The notes below the pieces were generated by a model. That model was not told the DNA's origin and ran no database searches. It saw nothing but the letters and a program-made list of their open reading frames with translations. Both the position numbers and the translations under genes were made by a program. Positions 36,591 to 45,073 of a stretch of DNA of 64,000 bases are shown in pieces. The stretch is from IMG/VR virus record IMGVR_UViG_3300012001_000006, positions 1 to 64,000 of that record; one strand, written 5' to 3'. Numbering within the stretch: position 1 is the first letter of the stretch; every line of letters starts with the position of its first letter. Source of the DNA: a virus.

Positions 36591-37064
36591 TTACCAGCTA
36601 CCCCAATTGCCATCGCGAACGATCGGCGGCTCTTCAATTTTTGTCGTGTCAACTATGTCAACCGCCGGCACGCCAGGCGTCATCGCAAAGTAGTCAAAAT
36701 ACTCAGAGACAGCCTCGCGATCCGTTGTCTCGTTGTAATGCTTCATCGTCGTCTCGCGCAGGCCCGTTTGGCTCAGTGACTTAGGGCCGACGATGTGGAA
36801 GCCAAACTTCGCCTCCGCGAATTTGTACACGCCCTTGCCAGGTCGCGGCGCCGACTTTTGGTTCAGAATTTCGCGCTGTGCCGACTTGGCCGCCCCTTCG
36901 CTTGCGTAGTATTCGATCTTCGTTTGGCCGCCACCGAGCCTCTTGCCGATCGGGCCGTATCGCTTGATCAAGATCGACTTACCACCGTCGCCGACGATCC
37001 GCACCGTTTCGTAGAACTTGGTGCCTCCGTCATGCTCCAGATATTTTGCCTCGACTTGATACAT
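36591..37064 (-). CDS. WGR-domain-like protein
   Basis: GTKFYE...KRYGPIG...GQTK...A....NQK..KG.Y pattern; ends WGSW. Confidence 0.6.
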   Translation of the reverse strand: MYQVEAKYLEHDGGTKFYETVRIVGDGGKSILIKRYGPIGKRLGGGQTKIEYYASEGAAKSAQREILNQKSAPRPGKGVYKFAEAKFGFHIVGPKSLSQTGLRETTMKHYNETTDREAVSEYFDYFAMTPGVPAVDIVDTTKIEEPPIVRDGNWGSW

Positions 37065-37099
37065 ATTCAGCTCTCCCGCGCATTTGACGCTTCACTCGA

Positions 37100-37168
37100 T
37101 AAGTCATATGTTACTTATCTATCTCAGGATTCACAAGTCATTAATGACTTATCCGTACAGGTTGCCTA
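37100..37168 (-). promoter_or_regulatory. sigma70-type promoter flanked by two palindromic boxes
   Basis: Minus strand TTGTGA-17 bp-TAACAT; boxes at 37100-37117 and 37134-37151. Confidence 0.7.
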
Positions 37169-37381
37169 TGGCATCACTTTGAAGTTTTCATCGAACAGCG
37201 AATGGATCCAACGTGAGGTCTCGCTCTCTTGTGGCAAGTCCGCCGGCACCACTAGAAGCCAGGGGCCGCGCTTATCCGAAAACAACACGCTGTCTCGCTT
37301 CGTCAGCACACGCCAGCGCGCGCCACGCTCTTTGATAACCTGTCTCCCGCGCTTCGAGAGTCCGGCCAGTTCTATGTTCAC
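37166..37381 (-). CDS. hypothetical protein
   Basis: GTG 37381 immediately after the primase stop. Confidence 0.55.
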   Translation of the reverse strand: MNIELAGLSKRGRQVIKERGARWRVLTKRDSVLFSDKRGPWLLVVPADLPQESETSRWIHSLFDENFKVMP

Positions 37382-37382
37382 G

Positions 37383-38468
37383 TCACGCCCTCTTGCGCAG
37401 TCGCAGCCGCGTCGCCACACCCGCGTTGATCACTTCCGCTTTCCAGAATGCAGCGCAGACTTCGGACGCGGGGATTTCGTTCGGGTCTTTGTCCTTCGGC
37501 AGTATCGCGATGCGCGCCTGGATGCCGCAGCCGTTCAGCATCAGCCCCGCCTCGATCGCATCGTCGATGGCGCGATCCTCGCCGTCCCACATGAAGGTTG
37601 CCTGTTTCAGCCCCTTCTCCTTCAAGCGCATGACCTTGGCGAGCTGGCTATGCTCGTCGCCGCGCGACAGGTGCTTGCCGAACGTACCAATCGGCACCAC
37701 GTCACGCAGGGCCATATCGCCGTCCAGAGCGATTTTCATGGCAGCCACGTCGAATACCCCCTCACCGATGGCGATACGCGCAGCACCGACCGCATTGTGG
37801 CCGTTGTACAGGTGTGTACCGGTCGAGGAAAAGCCAGGCGGGAATAGATATTTCTTATCTGCCGTGTCAGTGATGTCTCGCCCCTGGAAGCTGACCAGTT
37901 CGCCTTCCAGATCGAATACAGGAATGATGATCCGGTTGGTGTAATCCTGAAACAAAGGTCGCCCACGCTCGTCCTCATAATTGAACTTCCCTCTCTGTGA
38001 AAAGCGCAGCGAGAAATACTTGGCGATGTCCGCGGTGATGTTGCGGCTGTCCAGGTACTTCAGGTTGCGCCCGTTGTGCGGCAGCGCGATCGATGCCGGC
38101 AGCTTCAGTTCCTCGCCGGTTAGACTGACCGCCACGCTGATCTTGCGCGCCGGCCGCCAGCCCTGATCACGCGCGAACGTCTTGATGTGGTCAACCGTCG
38201 CCTTGTTCGTTCCGCCGATCGATGCGTGGATGAAGCTCCACTTGTTGTATTTCGTTTCGCAGTCGCCGGCGAAGCAGTTGCCGAGACCGCTGTCGGCGTT
38301 CAGAAACACCTTCCAGTTCGAGTTACCGCAGCAAGGGCATTCCTTGACGTTAAGCTGCTGGCCGGATGCGCCGCGCGCCCGTTTGTAGCGGACACCTTCC
38401 TGATCCAGCCAGGACTCGATGTCGAGCGTATCGATGGCCTCGCGCAGCTCCTCGTTGCGGTCGGTCAT
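37383..38468 (-). CDS. DNA primase (zinc finger + TOPRIM)
   Basis: CPCC..CF..C, RIIIP, FQGR, KY, GEGVFD, WDGE and KDPNE motifs. Confidence 0.92.
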   Translation of the reverse strand: MTDRNEELREAIDTLDIESWLDQEGVRYKRARGASGQQLNVKECPCCGNSNWKVFLNADSGLGNCFAGDCETKYNKWSFIHASIGGTNKATVDHIKTFARDQGWRPARKISVAVSLTGEELKLPASIALPHNGRNLKYLDSRNITADIAKYFSLRFSQRGKFNYEDERGRPLFQDYTNRIIIPVFDLEGELVSFQGRDITDTADKKYLFPPGFSSTGTHLYNGHNAVGAARIAIGEGVFDVAAMKIALDGDMALRDVVPIGTFGKHLSRGDEHSQLAKVMRLKEKGLKQATFMWDGEDRAIDDAIEAGLMLNGCGIQARIAILPKDKDPNEIPASEVCAAFWKAEVINAGVATRLRLRKRA

Positions 38469-38564
38469 TTAGGCATCCAGCCAGAGGCACAAGAAGCCGA
38501 TAACGAACGCATACCACGGTGCGTCATAGTGAATACAGGCGAAAAAAGCGAAGATAGCAGTCAT
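38469..38564 (-). CDS. 31-aa hydrophobic microprotein
   Basis: MTAIFAFFACIHYDAPWYAFVIGFLCLWLDA; TAATG overlap with the helicase stop and TAA-ATG junction with primase. Confidence 0.55.
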   Translation of the reverse strand: MTAIFAFFACIHYDAPWYAFVIGFLCLWLDA

Positions 38565-40015
38565 TATTCGATCTTTATGATGGAACTTATGAATTTCATC
38601 TTCGCCAATTCTTGCTTGATGAAAATCGTAAAGCCGGATTCTTGGTTTCGGGATGCGGCAAAGAATAGTCGCGCCTCATTAGCCGCTCGCTCCTCGTCGG
38701 TGACGTTGATCGATATCATCAAGTCAACCGTCCGCACCTTGTTGAAGTCGTCCGCGACGTGTTCCGCTTTCGCTACGGCCGCCTGGTATCCCACGCGGTT
38801 CGTCTGCGTTGCGGTGAGCATGGCGACGTTCTCTTCGAACGCAATGGCGCGCAGTCCGAGCCAGATGTTCTTGGAGTTCTCAATCGCGTCGTTGCAGCGG
38901 TGATCCGGCGCCATGATGTCGCCGTAATCGACCACCACCAAGTCGAAAATGATGGCCGGTCGGACGGTGCCGTCCGACTTCAACTTTGGCGTCTTGTAGC
39001 GCTGAATCAGCGCACTCAGCATGGATGGCGTCAGGGTGCCGCTTGGGTATTCGTGAATCATCAACGCGCCGGTGTTCTTTTGCAGCGCCTCGACCTTCGC
39101 ACGGACATCGTGGATCTTGATACCTAGCTCCTTGACATAGGTGTCGGTGATCGACGCATCCAGGCGCTCGGCGAGAATCCGACCCGCAACCTCGCATGTC
39201 ACGTACAGCACATTCTTTTTTGCCAGCGATGCGAACTTGGCGAAGTTGATCAGCGCCGTTGTTTTGCCCGCCTTCGCGCCGCCCACGATGCAAGACAGCT
39301 CCTTCTTGCCCCACCCCCTGTGGTAGAGCAGGTTATCCATCTGCAACAAACCGGTCGTGACGCCGGTTGGCGGCATCAACCCTGCCGCGCGATCCGTGCG
39401 CTCGTTGGTGCGCTCGGTGATCCGATCGTAATAGTCGTATTCGTCGCCATCGGTATTGACGCCGACCTCGACCGCCATCTTGATTGCCGTCTCGATCTTA
39501 TCGAACTGCTTTTTCTCCAGCAGATCGACCGACTTGAGGATCGCGGCCGAGACCGCCTGGTGGCGCGCAAAGACCGCAACGTCTTCCGCCATCGCATCGC
39601 TGTTGCTCAGATCGGCGGTCGATTTGAAGATCGCGCCGAATGCTTCTTTCGCCACATCGAGGATGTCGCTACGAATTGTCTTTTCTTCTTTGGCGGTCTT
39701 GAACAGCTTGATCGCCACGGTCAAGCCTGGCAGGTCGTTGTACTTCTCGTAGAAGCGCAACGCCATGTTGACGATCGCCGCCTCGCCCACGTTGTCGAAA
39801 TACTCCGGCTTGATCAGGTGGCCGACCTTGCGCATGAAGCTGATATCACGCATGGCGTGAGTGGCGATCTTGGTTTGAAAGGCGGGGTCATCTTCAAACT
39901 TCGACACTTCAGCCGTATCGATCGTTACGTCGGCGGCCGACACTGGTGTAGCAATGCCCGAATACGCTTTGCCGACCATTGCAGCGACGGACTCTTCTGC
40001 GGTTGCAACGGTCAT
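38564..40015 (-). CDS. DnaB-like replicative helicase
   Basis: TTGLLQMD, GGAKAGKT, YVTCE, VVDYGD, TATQTNR and ASRN motifs. Confidence 0.92.
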   Translation of the reverse strand: MTVATAEESVAAMVGKAYSGIATPVSAADVTIDTAEVSKFEDDPAFQTKIATHAMRDISFMRKVGHLIKPEYFDNVGEAAIVNMALRFYEKYNDLPGLTVAIKLFKTAKEEKTIRSDILDVAKEAFGAIFKSTADLSNSDAMAEDVAVFARHQAVSAAILKSVDLLEKKQFDKIETAIKMAVEVGVNTDGDEYDYYDRITERTNERTDRAAGLMPPTGVTTGLLQMDNLLYHRGWGKKELSCIVGGAKAGKTTALINFAKFASLAKKNVLYVTCEVAGRILAERLDASITDTYVKELGIKIHDVRAKVEALQKNTGALMIHEYPSGTLTPSMLSALIQRYKTPKLKSDGTVRPAIIFDLVVVDYGDIMAPDHRCNDAIENSKNIWLGLRAIAFEENVAMLTATQTNRVGYQAAVAKAEHVADDFNKVRTVDLMISINVTDEERAANEARLFFAASRNQESGFTIFIKQELAKMKFISSIIKIE

Positions 40016-40017
40016 GC

Positions 40018-40437
40018 TTATACCTGCTCGGCTGGCGCGGCCGACTCAACAGGGCGCGGGGTGATGGCTGAGAACTCGCTGATATCGTGTTTGAATATCA
40101 CACGGTCGCGGAATGTTTCGCCGGCCCCTTCAGAAAAGGAAGCGACGCGAACCGAAACGGTGAATTTGTCGGAATGCTTGATGGTGCCAACGACAATCGT
40201 CCCGTCGCGCTTTTGAATCGTGACCATTGCGCCCGATGTCTCCAGCGCCTTCAGGAAGAGTTCGTGACCCTTCAAGACTTCCTTCTTTGGCGCCGCCGCT
40301 GTGGTGCGCGCCGTGTATGGCCGAGTTGCTTTGATGATTGGGCGACGAATTGAACCGTCTTCGCGAGCTAAGCGGGCGCCTTCTTCGATTTGCTGTGTAC
40401 GTTCTTTGGCGTCGAATGCCTGCTGTGCGTGTAACAT
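40018..40437 (-). CDS. Hfq/Sm-like protein with N-terminal extension
   Basis: FLKALETSGAMVTIQKRDGTIVVGTIKHSDKFTV (Sm1) and VIFKHDISEF (Sm2, compare Hfq YKHAIS). Confidence 0.75.
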   Translation of the reverse strand: MLHAQQAFDAKERTQQIEEGARLAREDGSIRRPIIKATRPYTARTTAAAPKKEVLKGHELFLKALETSGAMVTIQKRDGTIVVGTIKHSDKFTVSVRVASFSEGAGETFRDRVIFKHDISEFSAITPRPVESAAPAEQV

Positions 40438-40490
40438 TGAATCTCCTGTAGGTTGATGAAAAATGCTGATTCACTCGAATGACTACATTA

Positions 40491-40508
40491 TAGCTCAGTA
40501 TTGACTGA
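40491..40508. promoter_or_regulatory. palindromic box abutting TATAAT upstream of the Hfq-like/helicase/primase operon
   Basis: TAGCTCA-GTAT-TGACTGA; TTGCAA lies 19 bp upstream of TATAAT on the minus strand. Confidence 0.7.
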
Positions 40509-41231
40509 CTATTGCAAGCCGGCGATCAGGCAATGATCAATTGCGTCGGCAACATTTTGACCAGAGAAGCGCCGCAACACGGTCTCGATGCGAATCGCGT
40601 CATGTACATATAGCGATGCGTGAATCCCGAAACGTGGATGGGGGCGCTGCGCGATTTCACCGACCAGATAGTCTTCATAGGCGAGCTGGTCAGGGCCACC
40701 GACGAACGCTGACGTGACGTATCGCGGCGACTTCGCGTATTGAATCTTGGCCTTGCGTTCGAGCGCCCACGCGTTTGCAATCTCCACCAGCATGTCGCTA
40801 TTGGTCGTGATGTGGCAAGGGCGTGGCGGCTGTCTCCAGCCGGCCGTAATGCACCAATCCATCGCCTTGCGCATGAAGAAGTCGTACCGCACTCCCATTT
40901 CGTCGATCTTCTGCCGCAACAGCCAGAACGAGCGCTTCTCCCGCGCATTCATCACGTCCTTGCCGGTGAAGCCCGCCATGAAGCCGCCGCCCTTTCCATA
41001 CGCTGTCAGCATGAAGGTGCCGTAAGCGCGGTTGAAGTGATGGGCAAACAGGTACGTCGCCTGGGTTGGATGCAGTGGACGGTAATCGAACCATTTGTCC
41101 TGGTACAGCTTTGCCTCGCCGGCCAGGACTTTACGATCGATGTTCGCAATCGCCAGTATTTCGCATTCGTTGAATGTCAGCGCCGACCCAAAATAGGGGC
41201 CGTGTGTTTCGCTTGGGGATACTTCGCTCAT
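40509..41231 (-). CDS. hypothetical phage protein upstream of the helicase operon
   Basis: 240-aa ORF (KWFDYRPLHPTQATYLF...WRQPPRP). Confidence 0.7.
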   Translation of the reverse strand: MSEVSPSETHGPYFGSALTFNECEILAIANIDRKVLAGEAKLYQDKWFDYRPLHPTQATYLFAHHFNRAYGTFMLTAYGKGGGFMAGFTGKDVMNAREKRSFWLLRQKIDEMGVRYDFFMRKAMDWCITAGWRQPPRPCHITTNSDMLVEIANAWALERKAKIQYAKSPRYVTSAFVGGPDQLAYEDYLVGEIAQRPHPRFGIHASLYVHDAIRIETVLRRFSGQNVADAIDHCLIAGLQ

Positions 41232-41394
41232 CTTGGGTACGCCTCTCTCCGCGGTTAATCTTCAATTCTGTATTTCTGCATTTCAGTATTATAGTAAGTC
41301 TTTACCTAAGACCGTGGCGGCCCCAAGCAACCTGCCCCCAACTGGATCTGAGATTCAAGAAGGCGAGGCACCGGCCCCACCTTCCCGTTGTTCC

Positions 41395-42171
41395 TTATCG
41401 CTGTAGTGCCGGATTGATGCGACTCGGTGCCGGTGATTCGTACGCTTCCACGACCTCCTGACAGAACCCTGACCGCACGATGTCCTTCTTCTCGAACATC
41501 ACGACTTTCACGGACGAAATGTGCATCAGACGGTTCGCGGCGTCGACAAAACCGCTTTGCCCTTTGATATCGACCTGCGACTCGTCGCCATTGATGACCA
41601 CGGTAGCGTTCTCACCGACGCGCGTCAGGAACAGCTTGAACTGGTCGGCGGTCGCGTTCTGACCTTCATCCAGGATCACGAAGCAATTCTTAAATGTCTT
41701 GCCGCGCATGTAGGCGAACGGCTCGCACTTGATGCGGCCTTCCTTGATCAGATACTCGACGAAGGACTTGCCCAAGCGCTCCTCGAATACGTCGCGCACT
41801 GGATCGAAGTAGGCGTCGAATTTCTCGTCTGCCGTGCCAGGTAGAAAGCCCAAGTTCTCACCGCCCGCCTCGACTGCCGGCCGCGTCAGAATGATCTTCT
41901 CGACCCGCTTGTCCATCAGCGCTTCGCACGCCATAGTGCCGGCGATATAAGTCTTGCCTGTACCTGCCGGCCCCAGACCAAACACAACCCCGCCATCATT
42001 GCGCATGGCACTGGCGTATTTGCGTTGCTTGTCGTTCTTGGGTTCGAAGGCTGCGGCGCGCACCGGTTTGGCCGGCGGCATGTGTTCTGCGTACTGCTGT
42101 TCTGGGAGTGAGCCTGCTCGTTTCGATTGGCGCTTGTTACTTCTGTCCGACTGCTTGCTGCTTCGCGGCAT
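41395..42171 (-). CDS. phoH: PhoH-family ATPase
   Basis: GPAGTGKT, TRPAVEA, LGFLPG, YMRGKT, LDEGQN and GD.SQ.D motifs. Confidence 0.93.
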   Translation of the reverse strand: MPRSSKQSDRSNKRQSKRAGSLPEQQYAEHMPPAKPVRAAAFEPKNDKQRKYASAMRNDGGVVFGLGPAGTGKTYIAGTMACEALMDKRVEKIILTRPAVEAGGENLGFLPGTADEKFDAYFDPVRDVFEERLGKSFVEYLIKEGRIKCEPFAYMRGKTFKNCFVILDEGQNATADQFKLFLTRVGENATVVINGDESQVDIKGQSGFVDAANRLMHISSVKVVMFEKKDIVRSGFCQEVVEAYESPAPSRINPALQR

Positions 42172-42262
42172 GAGTGTCCCTCTTCCAGATTGGTTGGTTG
42201 GTCAAGTCCTTACTATACCTCACTGGTGACTGACTAAACAATATGAAAGAGGGAATATATTT

Positions 42263-43594
42263 TCAGTGCATGAGTAGCGGTTTGATAACGTGATGATCAA
42301 CCTCGATCGGCTCGCGTACGTACATCTTGCCGCCCGCCACGCAGAAGTCCGTGATCGACACGTAGTCATGCACCGTGGAGCGCGTGTGCGTGTCGATGTG
42401 GGCGATATCGAACCCGTTGTGCCACTTCTCACCCTCGCAGTACGATGCGCTGCGCTTGTGGCCGCTGCCGAGCTGATGCCACTCAAACGCGCCGTAGATC
42501 GGCGTGAAGTCCGACCAGACGACGTGCTTGTGGTGATGTCCGTTCACGCCAGGCATTTTCCAATCGCGTGCGAATGGGAAGTGATGGCAGACGAAGGTGT
42601 CGTAATAGATTTTGTAGTTCTGGGCCAGCTCCTTCTCGAAGTCGCGCTTGGTGAAGGCGGCCAGGTCGGCTTTCGCGATGTAGTTGATTTCGAACTTGTC
42701 CAGGCCCAACAGCTTGGCGATCGTCCAGCCGTGGAGGTCTGCCAGCACCGCCCTGATCGCTGGTGATTCGTCCGCCAGGTGCCGCAGCATCCGTGCTTCG
42801 TGGTTGCCTTCAATGAAGTCGATCTGCGCGTCCGGTGCGGCAGCGCGTGTCGGCCCGAGGATGCGTTCGTGGGCAAACTTGATGCGCTGCACGACCCCCC
42901 ACTCCCGCGGATCGACGCCGTAGCGCCCGAATTCCGGCAAATCAAAAATGTCTCCATTGAAAACGATGATGTCTGGCTGCACGCGGGCCACCGTATCGAG
43001 CCATACGCGCAGGTAGAATTCATCGACCTCGACATCGTGGAGATCCGAACAGATCATGATCGTCTTGAAGCGGCCGGTGCCGTCCTTTAGGTACTTGGTC
43101 GCATAGTCCATACGATCGACGGTCATCTGCCGATAGTGGTCTACCGATGCGTGCTTGGCGATGTGGCGCTCAAGTTGGTGCTGCTGGCGCGAGAGTTTGA
43201 GACCGGCCTGGCGCTTGAACTCTTCGAACGTGCCAAAGAAGCGGTTCCAGGTCGATTCCGAGATGGCGCTGTGATTGCGGAAGTAGTTGCGGCTGATGAC
43301 TTGCTCGGTGTCGATCTTGGCGATGCGGCGCAGTTCCTCGATACAGTCTTCTGCCGTCCAGTCCGCCATGAACTTCGATGTGTCTTCCGACATCGGCACT
43401 TCTGATGTCGGAGCGCGCAAGATCATTTTCTGCGCTGCCGGATCACTCTTGGCTAAATTGCGCAGGAATCCCGCCTTGTTGCGCACCGTCTTGATTGAGA
43501 TGTCCAGCTCGTTCGATACGTCTGCGAGTGTGTGGAAGGATTCGAGGTCGTTGTAGACTTCGACAAAGCGCTGTAAGTCGGTCAATTTGGGCAT
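42263..43594 (-). CDS. calcineurin-like metallophosphoesterase with N-terminal DNA-binding-like domains
   Basis: SDLH, NGDIFD, GNHE and GHHH motifs; N-terminal HTH plus RFFGTF..F..AGL repeat-like unit. Confidence 0.82.
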   Translation of the reverse strand: MPKLTDLQRFVEVYNDLESFHTLADVSNELDISIKTVRNKAGFLRNLAKSDPAAQKMILRAPTSEVPMSEDTSKFMADWTAEDCIEELRRIAKIDTEQVISRNYFRNHSAISESTWNRFFGTFEEFKRQAGLKLSRQQHQLERHIAKHASVDHYRQMTVDRMDYATKYLKDGTGRFKTIMICSDLHDVEVDEFYLRVWLDTVARVQPDIIVFNGDIFDLPEFGRYGVDPREWGVVQRIKFAHERILGPTRAAAPDAQIDFIEGNHEARMLRHLADESPAIRAVLADLHGWTIAKLLGLDKFEINYIAKADLAAFTKRDFEKELAQNYKIYYDTFVCHHFPFARDWKMPGVNGHHHKHVVWSDFTPIYGAFEWHQLGSGHKRSASYCEGEKWHNGFDIAHIDTHTRSTVHDYVSITDFCVAGGKMYVREPIEVDHHVIKPLLMH

Positions 43595-43616
43595 ATTCGG
43601 GCGAGTAAGAGGATGA

Positions 43617-43643
43617 AAAAAGCAGGCCGTTTCGGGCCTGCTT
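43617..43643 (-). terminator. intrinsic terminator at the end of the lysis genes
   Basis: AAGCAGGCC-CGAAAC-GGCCTGC-TTTTT on the minus strand. Confidence 0.75.
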
Positions 43644-43671
43644 GTTTAGTACGTCACGTATGACTTACGCA

Positions 43672-43971
43672 TTAGACCGCGGCAGGAATCGCTTCGGGTG
43701 CAAAGAGCGCCGCAGCAGCCGCTATGCCTCCGTCTTTCTGATACGCCGCGAGCATGGCGGCAATGTGCGGCCAGACGTGTTCGAAGGCGACTTCGGCCGA
43801 ACCGAATGCTGAGTAGAACGAAGTCAGACCAGCCTTAACCATTTCCATCTTTGCTTCTGCCGGAGCAGACGCGCCAACAGAGCCTTCCACCGCACCGATC
43901 AGCTTGACCGCGACAGGAATCAGGCCAGCTACGCCCTCGACGATTTGAACAGCTTGGAGTACGTTGAACAT
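43672..43971 (-). CDS. lysis-cassette small hydrophobic protein
   Basis: ATG 43971 with AAAGGA RBS; lies after the holin-like gene. Confidence 0.55.
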   Translation of the reverse strand: MFNVLQAVQIVEGVAGLIPVAVKLIGAVEGSVGASAPAEAKMEMVKAGLTSFYSAFGSAEVAFEHVWPHIAAMLAAYQKDGGIAAAAALFAPEAIPAAV

Positions 43972-44067
43972 GCAATTTCCTTTCAGTTGATACATTTGAC
44001 TTCAAAAATGACCCCATCAATCGAGGCCAGGTAATTCTCTAAAGACCGCTGCGCCGACAGCGATTCG

Positions 44068-44487
44068 TCAGCCGAAATATGGCGGGAGACCTGCGTCTGC
44101 GGCCGAGCTGAAAGGCCGCACTTCGCTTTTGGGGTTAGGAGCTTCGTTAGCGACGGTAGGCTCAGCAGTTTCGGCTGACACTCGGTTGCTGACTGACGAA
44201 TCAATTGCTCCAGGCGCGACGACGACTTTTGCCGGCAATAGCCCGCCGCGTTTGCTCGTAATGTTGTTGAGTACAAAATGAACAAGAGCAACAATGCCAG
44301 CAGCGATTGCAGCGGCGGTGGTGGTGTCCAATGTGATGCCAATGCCATAATCCCCCGCTACTTTGACCGCCATCATGATTGCCGGAACCAAGACCGTTGC
44401 CGCGTTGCCGCCATCCTTCCAGGCTTCTGGGTTGGCGACCTCGTTACCCTTTCGGAATAACGAGAGTAAATCCATCAACTTTTCCAT
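44068..44487 (-). CDS. putative holin (2 TM segments)
   Basis: Two hydrophobic segments, directly downstream of the endolysin. Confidence 0.6.
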   Translation of the reverse strand: MEKLMDLLSLFRKGNEVANPEAWKDGGNAATVLVPAIMMAVKVAGDYGIGITLDTTTAAAIAAGIVALVHFVLNNITSKRGGLLPAKVVVAPGAIDSSVSNRVSAETAEPTVANEAPNPKSEVRPFSSAADAGLPPYFG

Positions 44488-44542
44488 ACGTACCTCGATA
44501 AATGTTTGCCACCTTCGCCATTATAGCTCACTCAATACTGAC

Positions 44543-45061
44543 TTATGAATCCTGTGCGCCAAAACGCAGATCGGCAGCGATACGCCGCGCCCATCCCTTG
44601 CCGGCAAACTCCCAATTCTTGCAGCCCGTCATGAAGATCAGGCGCTCAGCCAGAAACCTCATAATCAGGTCGTGGGCCGCCATCGCCGCGATCGCCGCGA
44701 CCGTTACAGGGCCAACGTGTCCGTCGTCTGCGCAGCTCACCGCGCGCTGGATGGCGCGAATCGCCGGGCTGATACCGGAGTTGACCGCAAAGTCCAGCAT
44801 TTGATATGCGACGCCGAACGCTTGGCCGTCCAGGTGTGCCGCATCCCAGAAGTCGCGCTTGTACAGGGCGATCGCCTGGTCGCGCGTCAGCTCCTTGATG
44901 TTGACGGTTGGGTAGCTGCGCTTGCTGATACCCCAATTGGTTTCACCGCCTGGATCTTGAGGGTCGTTAACATAGCCGCCCTCATTGCCGAGCAAGCGGC
45001 CGATGGCAACGTAAAAGTCTGGCCGCTCTGCCGATACTACGTGTGTGGTTCCGAAGAACAT
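44543..45061 (-). CDS. endolysin, glycoside hydrolase family 108
   Basis: EGGYVNDPQDPGGETNWGIS, DFAVNSG, DGHVGPVT and FAGKGWARR motifs. Confidence 0.93.
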   Translation of the reverse strand: MFFGTTHVVSAERPDFYVAIGRLLGNEGGYVNDPQDPGGETNWGISKRSYPTVNIKELTRDQAIALYKRDFWDAAHLDGQAFGVAYQMLDFAVNSGISPAIRAIQRAVSCADDGHVGPVTVAAIAAMAAHDLIMRFLAERLIFMTGCKNWEFAGKGWARRIAADLRFGAQDS

Positions 45062-45073
45062 AAATGCTCCGTG

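Noticed and set aside
2770-40015. Inteins or group I introns in nrdJ, recA, dnaE or the helicase
   Set aside because: The ORFs are continuous and of normal length, with no C...HN splice motifs; the endonuclease genes are intergenic.
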